A stretch of 42,750 nt of DNA. Origin: an uncultured Candidatus Saccharibacteria bacterium. Its GTDB lineage: Bacteria; Patescibacteriota; UBA1384; XYA2-FULL-43-10. Positions 35,525 through 42,750 of this stretch are shown here, one piece after another. The translations under genes and the position numbers were made by a program. The stretch lies in NCBI GenBank assembly GCA_964558315.1, contig CAZLCL010000004.1, positions 7,221 through 49,970 on the forward strand. Reading direction: 5' to 3'. The notes beneath the pieces are model-generated. The model saw only the letters and a list, made by a program, of their open reading frames with translations, was not told the DNA's origin and made no database searches. How positions within the stretch are numbered: position 1 is the first letter of the stretch; the number at the start of each line of letters is the position of its first letter.

Positions 35525-36214
35525 TTAATCTTTCAAATGATCTATAATTTTTGAATCATCAGCTATTAATCCTCTATGACTTTTAAAGCCACCCAGCACA
35601 CACCTCTTGCCGATAAAAGTTCCGGGATTAATTAATGCTTTACATCCTGTTTGGCTACCGTCACCCAGAATACTGCCAAATTTTAGTAATCCGGTATCAT
35701 AATACTTGCCATCCGACTTAATTCCAATAGTTTTGGGGTTATCGTCAAAAAAATCGAATCTTATATTGGCAAAGATCGTGCTGGCCGCAATATTGGTGTT
35801 GTTACCAATTATCGAATCACCTACGTAATTAAAATGGGAGGTCCAGGCCTTGTTGAGCATGATGGAATTTTTTATCTCACAGGAGTTGCCGATAATACAC
35901 TCATCTCCAAGAATTACATTTTCTCTAATAAAAGCTCCAGGGCGAATTTCGCAGTTATTGCCGATAACAACATTATCTCCCACATATGCACCGGGATATA
36001 TTTTTGTGCCTTCTCCAACATAAATATGCTCCCCTTCCATAAATGCCCTAGGAAAACGACCTCCAAGGTTCTTAGATTGTTTCTCTTTAAAGAAAGTTAT
36101 TATATATTCTTCGATATTCTTAACTGTTTCCCAAAGCGGCTTCTTGGGAACAAAGACTTGTCTGAACTCAAATTTATTTAAATCAAAATATTTTTCAGCA
36201 AAAAATCTCTCCAT
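35525..36214 (-). CDS. Left-handed beta-helix (hexapeptide) acetyltransferase, GlmU C-terminal-domain-like
   Basis: Tandem hexapeptide repeats (VGDNVVIGNNCEIRPGAFIRENVILGDECIIGNSCEI) are present. HFNYVGDSIIGNNTNIAASTIFAN resembles GlmU HLSYLGDAEIG..VNIGAGTITCN. Confidence 0.75.
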   Translation of the reverse strand: MERFFAEKYFDLNKFEFRQVFVPKKPLWETVKNIEEYIITFFKEKQSKNLGGRFPRAFMEGEHIYVGEGTKIYPGAYVGDNVVIGNNCEIRPGAFIRENVILGDECIIGNSCEIKNSIMLNKAWTSHFNYVGDSIIGNNTNIAASTIFANIRFDFFDDNPKTIGIKSDGKYYDTGLLKFGSILGDGSQTGCKALINPGTFIGKRCVLGGFKSHRGLIADDSKIIDHLKD

Positions 36215-36269
36215 ATATTATCCTTAGTTAATCTAACCCCAGCCTACCACTACATTAAAGCGAAAAATA

Positions 36270-36310
36270 TGGAAAAAGAAAAGTCCGCCCGCCGGGTCGG
36301 CGGGCGGACT
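36270..36310 (-). terminator. Strong intrinsic terminator closing island 2
   Basis: A perfect 13-bp GC-rich stem AGTCCGCCCGCCG/CGGCGGGCGGACT (36282-36294 / 36298-36310) with a 3-nt loop, followed on the minus strand by TTTTCTTTTT. Confidence 0.85.
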
Positions 36311-36336
36311 GGATCTCATAATGCTACTGCGACCCC

Positions 36337-36549
36337 TTAGCACCTCCGGTGCTTCCATGCACCGGTGTTAATTTCTTGCTCCATACACTTGGGACAACCC
36401 GGTTGACTACATTGAATGCATCTTTTGAGGGTGTTCCGCGCAACCGGCGGGTCGGCTTTGGGCCTCGGTCCATGGAGCCCAGCCCCGCAATGAGGGCATT
36501 TCTTCTCCGCGTTCACGCCGTTAACTCTTGATGCAGACCTCTTTGCCAC
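36337..36549 (-). CDS. Candidate small CPxCG-type zinc-finger protein (70 aa, GTG start)
   Basis: VAKRSASRVNGVNAEKKCPHCGAGLHGPRPKADPPVARNTLKRCIQCSQPGCPKCMEQEINTGAWKHRRC, with SD AAAGGGG 6 nt before the GTG at 36549. The longer ATG-start version in the ORF track (to 36642) would run through a terminator hairpin. The sequence is very GC-rich (40/60 at 36421-36480) and could instead be structured RNA. Confidence 0.4.
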   Translation of the reverse strand: MAKRSASRVNGVNAEKKCPHCGAGLHGPRPKADPPVARNTLKRCIQCSQPGCPKCMEQEINTGAWKHRRC

Positions 36550-36600
36550 AGATATCCCCTTTCGTGCTGTATTGAAAAGCGTATGCCCTTCAAGCAGAAC

Positions 36601-36623
36601 AAAAAAACCGCCTTTTGGCGGCT
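36601..36623 (-). terminator. Intrinsic terminator after the island-2 micro-ORF
   Basis: Minus strand reads AGCCGCC-AAAA-GGCGG followed by TTTTTTT. Confidence 0.8.
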
Positions 36624-36649
36624 GATCTTTAGATGTCTGCAACGAAGAA

Positions 36650-36709
36650 TCAACCGCTGTGCGGACAGATTAGAATAACACCAATAATAAGTGATTCTGA
36701 TCGCTTCAT
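36650..36709 (-). CDS. Candidate leaderless micro-ORF (19 aa), possible leader peptide
   Basis: MKRSESLIIGVILICPHSG. The A of the ATG is the 7th nt after the TATAAT hexamer. The stop-codon region GCGGTTGA is complementary to the terminator 5' arm. Confidence 0.25.
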   Translation of the reverse strand: MKRSESLIIGVILICPHSG

Positions 36710-36715
36710 GTTAAC

Positions 36716-36744
36716 ATTATATCATATGTAGCAATAAATGTCCA
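36716..36744 (-). promoter_or_regulatory. Sigma70-like promoter of island 2 (TGGACA-17-TATAAT)
   Basis: On the minus strand, TGGACA lies at 36744-36739 and TATAAT at 36721-36716 with a 17-nt spacer. Confidence 0.55.
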
Positions 36745-36941
36745 TATTTACCAGCAGTTTTCTCCAGATTTGATCTTTCTTCTCAAACACCGGTTATTTA
36801 CCCCGCCTAAAAACCGTTTTTCTTGCACTGGCACAACAAAATCTCCCCATTCCCAACAATCAACGCCTCAGTCAGAATTTTAAATTCTATTGCTACTTTT
36901 TCCATAATTCTTTATTCGTTATTCTTAATTTTATATTTGGC

Positions 36942-37832
36942 TTACTTCTGGCATTTTGGACACCAGTGTGTGCCACGACCTCCGATTACGGTGCGCTCGA
37001 TAGCTCCTCCGCAATTATTGGGGCACTTCTGCCCAGTTTTACGGTAAACTAATAGATGCTCGTGAGCTTCGCCCTGCTTGCCAAAAGCATCTACAAAATT
37101 TTCACTAGATGAACCACCAAAATCAATTGCCCGATTCAACACCTTTTGGGCGGCCGAAATTAATTTGCTCCACTCTTGCTTAGTTAACTTAGACACCAAG
37201 CGCATCGGTTTTATACCCGCCTCAAAAAGCGACTCATCGGCATAGATATTCCCCACTCCGGCAATTATGGCTTGATCCATTATGAACTGTTTAATCTTGC
37301 GATTAGGGAATCTCTTGGCCATCTCAGCTAAATACTCAGGAGTGAGCTCTCCCTCTAAAGGCTCTACTCCAATATTATTAAATAGGGCCCCATAATTATG
37401 ATCTTTGATCTTTGATTTTTGAATTATCTTTATCCAGCCGAATCTTCTAATATCGTTAAAATATAGCACGCTTTCGTCATCAAAATAAAATATGGCCCTT
37501 GTATGTTTATTGGGCAACTTCTCAAGCCATGCACCATCCGGATGGCCTCCACCCTTGCGATTGCGCAAACAAAAATCATTTTCGCCTGGGCATTCTTCCC
37601 ATATTAGCTGTCCCGTCATCTTTAGATGGAATAATATTAGATTATCATCATCCAACTCAAAAAAGATATTCTTGGCTCTGCGGCTAATATTATCAATTTG
37701 TTTGCCAATAACTTCTTTTTTGTGTATTTGCACAACCTTGTTGTCGCGATCATCAAAATTCGTGATTCTTTTGCCAATTATCACTTTTTTTAAACCCCTA
37801 ACGATTGTTTCCACTTCCGGTAGCTCAGGCAT
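36942..37832 (-). CDS. mutM: Formamidopyrimidine-DNA glycosylase
   Basis: N-terminal MPELPEVE (catalytic Pro2/Glu3), an H2TH region, and a C-terminal zinc finger [25 protein letters not shown]. Confidence 0.9.
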   Translation of the reverse strand: [296 protein letters not shown]

Positions 37833-37906
37833 AATTAAATACTAAAAAATAATAATCTGTCATTTTGTCTTAGCCTTTTTTAGATTTCAATTTTGTGTTT
37901 TGGATT

Positions 37907-38557
37907 TTAACTTTTGGGTTTCAACGACAGGTATTTTATCGCCTCTGGCAAACATTTTATTTTTATTCCTTCATATACATCTTTATAATGAGCCTCAGCA
38001 TCTAACATATCTAAATCTTGACGCACTATCTGCAAACAAAACGATTTGGGAAAATTTCTTTTAATTTCTTCGAGTGTATCCGCTAAATCATCAATAAGGA
38101 TAAAGTTTTCCATTTCGGAGACAATACTTGATAAATGCTTCCACTTTTCTTGGTCTGTAATATAAATATTACTAATCTTATTTTTTATGTTCGCATTTTC
38201 AATTTTTTTTAATTGATACTTTTCCTCTCCTACGGTTAATATATTTACTTCGTATACCTCTGTGTCAATATTTTTAAAAAATTGCTCGACATCATCATAT
38301 AACATACTCCTAATATCGGAAAAAACTTTTGCCAATCTTGAATCTGCAAGTTTCAAACTGGTCGGTTTAATTTTTACTAGCCTTTGCAAATGATTACTCG
38401 GGTTATATTTGTTGTCCATTCCTTCTAACATATATGTTGTTTTAATATCTTTCATTTCGTAACCCATTCTAAAAAAAGCATCAAACAATCTACTATTGAA
38501 TAGAGATGTATTAAGAATTACACCATCAAAATCAACAAACAGTTTAATCTTTTTCAT
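37907..38557 (-). CDS. HAD-superfamily hydrolase-like protein
   Basis: N-terminal motif I is FVDFDGVILNT (DxD). The distal acidic motif is LIDDLADT. Confidence 0.6.
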   Translation of the reverse strand: MKKIKLFVDFDGVILNTSLFNSRLFDAFFRMGYEMKDIKTTYMLEGMDNKYNPSNHLQRLVKIKPTSLKLADSRLAKVFSDIRSMLYDDVEQFFKNIDTEVYEVNILTVGEEKYQLKKIENANIKNKISNIYITDQEKWKHLSSIVSEMENFILIDDLADTLEEIKRNFPKSFCLQIVRQDLDMLDAEAHYKDVYEGIKIKCLPEAIKYLSLKPKS

Positions 38558-38748
38558 AATAATAAATATTTGTATTACAAAATAATAAATATATAGCGTG
38601 TTTTTACCTAATTATATCACATAATGCATATTTGACAGGTTAGTTAATTTTAGATAACATAATTATACTAAGACCAACAAGGTAATTATAAAAAATAAAA
38701 CAGACACCAAAACAAAAAAGGCAGTGAACTTGGCCTTTTTAATATTGA

Positions 38749-39105
38749 GTGAATAAATCTATGGATATTGATAACCCGCGTTATTGGAAAAAATTAATCA
38801 ATCAGGGTCTAATAAAATTCTTTTTGCTAAAAGTTCTTTATAAAGATAAAGAATCTTACGGTTATAAAATTGTCAAAAGAATTGAAGAACTATCAGAGGG
38901 TGCTTGTCGCCCAACCGAATCAACGATATATCCTGCCTTAGATCAATTAATGAAGGGTAAATATGTTGAGGTTCATGAGATATCTAATGGTATGCGCATT
39001 AGAAAAATTTATATGTTAAATGAGAGGGGGCGAGCCGCTTATAGAGCCGCCGCTAAAGCATATGGGGAAATTATCCCCCTGCTTCGTGAATCTATCATGC
39101 TCTAA
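38749..39105 (+). CDS. PadR-family transcriptional regulator
   Basis: FFLLKVLYKDKESYGYKIVKRIEELSEGACRPTESTIYPALDQLMKGKYVE is the PadR winged-helix signature. The start may be the ATG at 38761. Confidence 0.8.
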   Translation: MNKSMDIDNPRYWKKLINQGLIKFFLLKVLYKDKESYGYKIVKRIEELSEGACRPTESTIYPALDQLMKGKYVEVHEISNGMRIRKIYMLNERGRAAYRAAAKAYGEIIPLLRESIML

Positions 39106-39115
39106 TGAGTTTATC

Positions 39116-39183
39116 AAGTTCATAAAGTTAGAAAGTTCATAAAGTCGAATGAATTTATACTTTATAAGCTTTAAAAACTTTAT
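39116..39183. promoter_or_regulatory. Candidate operator array between PadR and the U32 gene
   Basis: A perfect 13-nt direct repeat AAGTTCATAAAGT lies at 39116-39128 and 39133-39145. Two inverted copies of its core (ACTTTAT) lie at 39159-39165 and 39177-39183. Confidence 0.4.
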
Positions 39184-39201
39184 TAACTTATAACTTTTAT
39201 T

Positions 39202-40557
39202 ATGCCCGAGCTTTTAATGCCAGCTGGCGATTTAGAAAAAGCTAAAATCGCCTATCAATATGGTGCTGATGCTTGTTATGGTTCAACAAGTGCTTTTAGC
39301 ATGCGCACTCGCGAAATCGGGTTTAATTATAAAACGCTTAAAGAAGCGATTGAATATGCCCATTTTATCGGCAAAAAGTTTTATGTTACTCTTAACACAT
39401 ATCCGCATGAATGTGAAATGGCAAAAATTAGAGCACATGCCCGCAAACTAATTGCCATGCAACCTGATGCAATAATTGTGGCTGATCCAGGAATTCTGCA
39501 AATCGTTAAAAACCAACTCACAAGCTTAAAGAAACTAGATACAAACAAATTTCAAATATTAAAACACAAAACACAAAATAATATCGGAACAGTCAAGCAG
39601 TATAGCAATAGAATAGAGCTCCACCTATCAACTCAAGCCAATGCCACAAACTCTGAAGCTATCAAATTTTGGGCTAAAAACGGAGTCTCTAGAATAATTT
39701 TGCCAAGAGAGCTTTCAATTACGGAAATAATCGAGATTAGAAAAAAGGTGCCTAAAAAGATTATGCTGGAGGCTTTTGTTCATGGTGCTATGTGTAATTC
39801 AGTTTCTGGGCGATGCAATCTATCGAATTATTTAAGCTATCGTGACGCCAATCGCGGGACATGTGTCCAAGCCTGTCGCTGGAAGTATACCTTAGTCGAA
39901 GAAAAAAGACCGGGACAATTTATGCCCGTTGAAGAAGATGATCATGGTTCATACATTTACAATTCAAAAGATTTAAATATGATTGATCATCTTAAAGAGT
40001 TGCACGACGCTGGCATTAAATCATTCAAAGTAGAAGGTCGTAATAAAAGTATATACTACTGTGCCATTGTGGCCAGAGCTTACAGAAAAGCAATTGATAA
40101 TTTAGCCCAATCGAAGAACCAAGGTATTAAAGAACTAAAAAGAGAACTTGATACTGTTACCAACCGCGAATACTCCACAGGCTTCTATTTTGGGAAACCA
40201 ACTGACGCTGATATAAATTATCAAACTTCTCGCCCCTCTTCCGATTGGCAATTTGTGGGAATTGTAAAAAAGAAACTCGACACTAAATTTCATCCTGAAT
40301 TTATTTCAGGATCTCACAAGATTCCAAAACGAGTTCAAAATGGCAATTGTTATCTAATAGAAGCAAGAAACGAAATTATTAAAAATTCATGGGTTGAGAT
40401 AGTAACTCCAGATAAAATCTATAGAAAAAAATTAACTAAATTTACCACTCTCCAAGGAGATGTTTTAGAGAAATTAAATCCTAACAATCATTTTATCCTC
40501 CAGTCGCCAGCTCAACTGTGCAAAAACGCAGTGATTCGCATGAAAAAAACAAATTAA
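39202..40557 (+). CDS. Peptidase U32 family protein (collagenase-like; family now linked to RNA hydroxylation)
   Basis: EAFVHGAMCNSVSGRCNLS matches the U32 signature E-x-F-x2-G-[SA]-[LIVM]-C-x4-G-x-C-x-[LIVM]-S. Confidence 0.85.
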   Translation: MPELLMPAGDLEKAKIAYQYGADACYGSTSAFSMRTREIGFNYKTLKEAIEYAHFIGKKFYVTLNTYPHECEMAKIRAHARKLIAMQPDAIIVADPGILQIVKNQLTSLKKLDTNKFQILKHKTQNNIGTVKQYSNRIELHLSTQANATNSEAIKFWAKNGVSRIILPRELSITEIIEIRKKVPKKIMLEAFVHGAMCNSVSGRCNLSNYLSYRDANRGTCVQACRWKYTLVEEKRPGQFMPVEEDDHGSYIYNSKDLNMIDHLKELHDAGIKSFKVEGRNKSIYYCAIVARAYRKAIDNLAQSKNQGIKELKRELDTVTNREYSTGFYFGKPTDADINYQTSRPSSDWQFVGIVKKKLDTKFHPEFISGSHKIPKRVQNGNCYLIEARNEIIKNSWVEIVTPDKIYRKKLTKFTTLQGDVLEKLNPNNHFILQSPAQLCKNAVIRMKKTN

Positions 40558-40680
40558 TAGATTTTTCTACTCATTATTTAGAAAAACTAAAAGATAAATT
40601 AATTATTTATCACAGCTAAATTTTGTAGTAGTAGCAATTAAATGCAAGCTTGAATATAAAACCAACATTTGTGTAATATT

Positions 40681-40700
40681 TCCGTGATCACGGATTTTTT
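40681..40700 (+). terminator. Terminator-like hairpin downstream of the U32 gene
   Basis: TCCGTGATCACGGA followed by TTTTTT on the plus strand. Confidence 0.5.
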
Positions 40701-40863
40701 ACACTTTTTTATAATTACTTAGTAACTTTTGCGATACTATTGAGATTTGAGAAAACATCTAGAGAACATTTTTGGGAAAGATCGTCTTTTCGAAATTTTT
40801 AAAGACATTTTTTTTGAGCTCAATGCCTCGTGTGCAATCTTCTGAAATTACAATTATCACTTT

Positions 40864-41751
40864 CTAGTTCCTATTTAAAATCAGACTGGATGCCCCTGAT
40901 TCAAAAATAATGTCAATTTTGTTTTCGTTCTGATCATAATCGGAACTTAGCCAGTTTTCTCCGGATTTTGATAAACCGATAGCAGAAAAATTGTTACTGG
41001 ATAGCCCTGATTTATTTTCAACTTTAATTGCATGGCTTAATGGCACTTCTATATCAAAAGTCGAAGCACCGCTTGAAATAACAATTTTTACAGCTTTTGA
41101 CTTATCTCCTATTTTAATCTCCGCTGACGTAGCGCCACTATCTATATCTAATTCGCTTAATATTGATTGTCGTAGATCCATGGTAATCTTCGATGCTCCG
41201 GAATCAATATTCACTCTCAATGGAAGCTCCGCTGAAGTTTTTAACTCCATCCGATTTTTTATATTGGGATTTAATAAAAAATTGCTGATCGGCAATTGAT
41301 TAATTGATATGGTCTGGGTTTTATTAATTATTTCATTATCAATATCAATTCCACTATTTGATTCGACCCTACCCTCCAGTATCTTTTCTGCGCCATCTGA
41401 CAAGATAAATTCAGCCGCACCAATTTTAAAATCTAAAACTACATTATCTGCGCTGTTAGAGATCTGCTCATTTACCTCGGTGATTATGCTTTCATTCTTA
41501 ACTCCTTTGTATACCCAGGCAAACGCAGACACTATAGCTAACACGAGAATTAGAGAAATTACCGAGAGCCAGACTGTATTTAAACCTTTCTGTGAAAATA
41601 GTAATGAGACACCCCAAATAACAAAAATTATCGGCCAAAGACGCCAAATTTCAGACCAAAAACCACCAGAAATTATGCCAAGATTTGTAGATAACCACAA
41701 TAATCCAATAATAATTATTATTACCCCCCAAAATAGGCGATTTGCGTTCAT
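40864..41751 (-). CDS. LiaF-like / toastrack (DUF2154/DUF4097-like) membrane protein
   Basis: N-terminal LiaI-LiaF-like TM segment (FWGVIIIIIGLLWLSTNLG...WPIIFVIWGVSLLF). The C-terminal has repeated beta-strand units D(S/I)GAS..(I/L) (NIDSGASKITMDL, DIDSGATSAEIKI, ISSGASTFDIEV, FESGASSLIL). Confidence 0.65.
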   Translation of the reverse strand: MNANRLFWGVIIIIIGLLWLSTNLGIISGGFWSEIWRLWPIIFVIWGVSLLFSQKGLNTVWLSVISLILVLAIVSAFAWVYKGVKNESIITEVNEQISNSADNVVLDFKIGAAEFILSDGAEKILEGRVESNSGIDIDNEIINKTQTISINQLPISNFLLNPNIKNRMELKTSAELPLRVNIDSGASKITMDLRQSILSELDIDSGATSAEIKIGDKSKAVKIVISSGASTFDIEVPLSHAIKVENKSGLSSNNFSAIGLSKSGENWLSSDYDQNENKIDIIFESGASSLILNRN

Positions 41752-42206
41752 CGCTTCTCCTTTCTTTCAAACGGCAAAAGAAGCACAATACCAATAATTA
41801 CTAAGAGTAGTGGCCAAGATTTTGTAAATGACATTTCTGGAAATAAATTGTTTATAACTAATAACAGCCCAAGAATTATTAAGATGTAGGCAAATATCAT
41901 ATCTCCCCTTGCATTAACTGCCGCTTTTTTAATACCGCCAGCCGCCTTATTAGCCGTCTCTTTAATTTTGTGGCTATCGCTATCATTAATTTCTTTTTTT
42001 ATATTATCAGCGTATGATTTACCGCCCTCTTCCGGCATGATAATTAATAAAATTATATATATTAGAGCGCCAGCTCCTTTAGAAATCAGCAACAATACGA
42101 ATATGAGCCTAATAATCACAACATCAATCTTAAAATAATCTGCGACACCCAAACAAACTCCACCAATAATTCTGCCATCTTTAGGTCGTAAAAATTTTGA
42201 TTCCAT
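41748..42206 (-). CDS. PspC-domain membrane protein
   Basis: LRPKDGRIIGGVCLGVADYFKIDVVIIRLIFVLL is the PspC domain signature. Additional TM helices are present. Confidence 0.8.
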   Translation of the reverse strand: MESKFLRPKDGRIIGGVCLGVADYFKIDVVIIRLIFVLLLISKGAGALIYIILLIIMPEEGGKSYADNIKKEINDSDSHKIKETANKAAGGIKKAAVNARGDMIFAYILIILGLLLVINNLFPEMSFTKSWPLLLVIIGIVLLLPFERKEKR

Positions 42207-42220
42207 GTTATCTCTCCTTT

Positions 42221-42382
42221 TTAATCATGAAAGATATCTCTAAACATAATGCCTAAGCCGATAATAATAATTATTATCGGCCAAACAATACGATAATTAA
42301 ATAATGGAATGTAGTTGCCCAAAAAGATTACAGTCCCAAGTAAAATTAGAATTAAGGCTAACAAAACTTTTCTTTCTTTCAT
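42221..42382 (-). CDS. Small two-TM membrane protein (53 aa), LiaI/LiaF-TM-like
   Basis: Hand translation gives MKERKVLLALILILLGTVIFLGNYIPLFNYRIVWPIIIIIIGLGIMFRDIFHD. It is below the ORF-track cutoff and shows the same LLG...W.P...I..G pattern as the N-terminus of 40864..41751. Confidence 0.55.
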   Translation of the reverse strand: MKERKVLLALILILLGTVIFLGNYIPLFNYRIVWPIIIIIIGLGIMFRDIFHD

Positions 42383-42394
42383 TGGTCTTATCTA

Positions 42395-42631
42395 TTAATA
42401 ATCATCTGATTTAGAAGCCACCACAAAGAATAAAGTCATTACTCCGATAGCAGTTAAAGCCATACCGACAATAAAAAGTGTGACAATCAACGTAGTTCCA
42501 ATTTCACTACTATTTTTAATAGTGTCGGCCCCAACAGAGATAAAATCATTTGTGGAAGCATAAATTAGACCGCTTCCGCATGCAATAAATAAAAGTGATA
42601 ACAGAGCTTTAATTTTTTTGTTTTTTAGCAT
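42395..42631 (-). CDS. Small membrane/lipoprotein-like protein (78 aa)
   Basis: The N-terminal signal-like segment has LFIACGSG (a possible lipobox). A C-terminal TM helix is present. A TTGCAA-16-TAATAT promoter-like sequence lies upstream on the minus strand. Confidence 0.5.
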   Translation of the reverse strand: MLKNKKIKALLSLLFIACGSGLIYASTNDFISVGADTIKNSSEIGTTLIVTLFIVGMALTAIGVMTLFFVVASKSDDY

Positions 42632-42750
42632 CTTGTTCTCTATTATTAATCCTCTTGACTTTGCTTTAATATTACCACTATTTATAATTATTGCAAGAAT
42701 AAACTAAGTCTTAACTTAAAAAAACGAGATTTATCTCTCGTTTTAAGTCG

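Noticed and set aside
36337-36642. Full-length 101-aa ATG-start ORF from the track (MQTSKDQPPKGGFF...)
   Set aside because: Its first 31 codons run through the GCCGCC-AAAA-GGCGG-U7 intrinsic terminator and have no SD. An internal GTG at 36549 with an AAAGGGG SD is a more sensible start, if the ORF is real at all.
41309-41797. Long antisense ORFs in the track (e.g. 41309..41797 +, 31905..32243 +, 37492..37845 +, 35834..36181 +, 21083..21430 +)
   Set aside because: Each lies entirely opposite a confidently identified gene, lacks an SD, and has low-complexity shadow-frame composition.
1-42750. Alternative genetic code (UGA recoding as in some CPR lineages)
   Set aside because: All long housekeeping ORFs are intact and full-length under the standard code, and UGA is used as a stop (for example the 53-codon ORF). 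There is no sign of in-frame UGA-interrupted genes.

Overview
This is a low-GC, very gene-dense bacterial chromosome segment. Hand counts give about 30% G+C in ordinary genes. Short or overlapping intergenic spacers, strong GGAGG Shine-Dalgarno sites, the standard genetic code and small versions of housekeeping proteins suggest a reduced-genome Patescibacteria/CPR-like organism; that placement is inference only.

Most of the window is core housekeeping:
- A minus-strand tRNA cluster, Thr(UGU)-Tyr(GUA)-Thr(GGU)-rpmG-Trp(CCA), followed by a GIY-YIG gene.
- holB, a PSP1/RicT-like gene and a TPR gene; rpmB; an M50 protease; tRNA-Pro(GGG).
- argS and tyrS; a class A PBP.
- A long minus-strand dcw cluster (mraZ, ftsL-like, ftsI, murF, mraY, murD, ftsW, murG, murC, murB, ftsQ) running straight into recJ-radA.
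- glyQS, recO, a split and reordered glmU, mutM, a HAD hydrolase, PadR plus a U32 peptidase, and a PspC/LiaF-like envelope-stress cluster.
- rpmG and rpmB fall below the ORF-track size cutoff and were found by hand translation.

The unusual parts are:
1. Two high-GC (50-67% in hand-counted 60-nt lines), ORF-poor, hairpin-dense islands at 32456-33354 (5' of glyQS) and 36215-36941 (5' of split glmU). On the minus strand both share one layout: a sigma70-like promoter, an essentially leaderless hydrophobic micro-ORF, an intrinsic terminator whose 5' arm can alternatively pair with the micro-ORF stop-codon region, an SD plus GTG-start small GC-rich ORF, and a final hairpin.
2. A 40-nt hairpin repeat with a conserved ACGATCGT loop on both sides of a PaaX-like (wHTH plus Cas2-like fold) regulator gene next to island 1.
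3. A 166-bp MITE-like element with perfect 22-bp terminal inverted repeats in the mraZ-ftsL spacer, where rsmH normally lies.
4. Classical 10-bp-phased MraZ boxes.

I saw no CRISPR array, integrase, transposase or recognisable defence genes. I could not assign either island to a known RNA family from memory.
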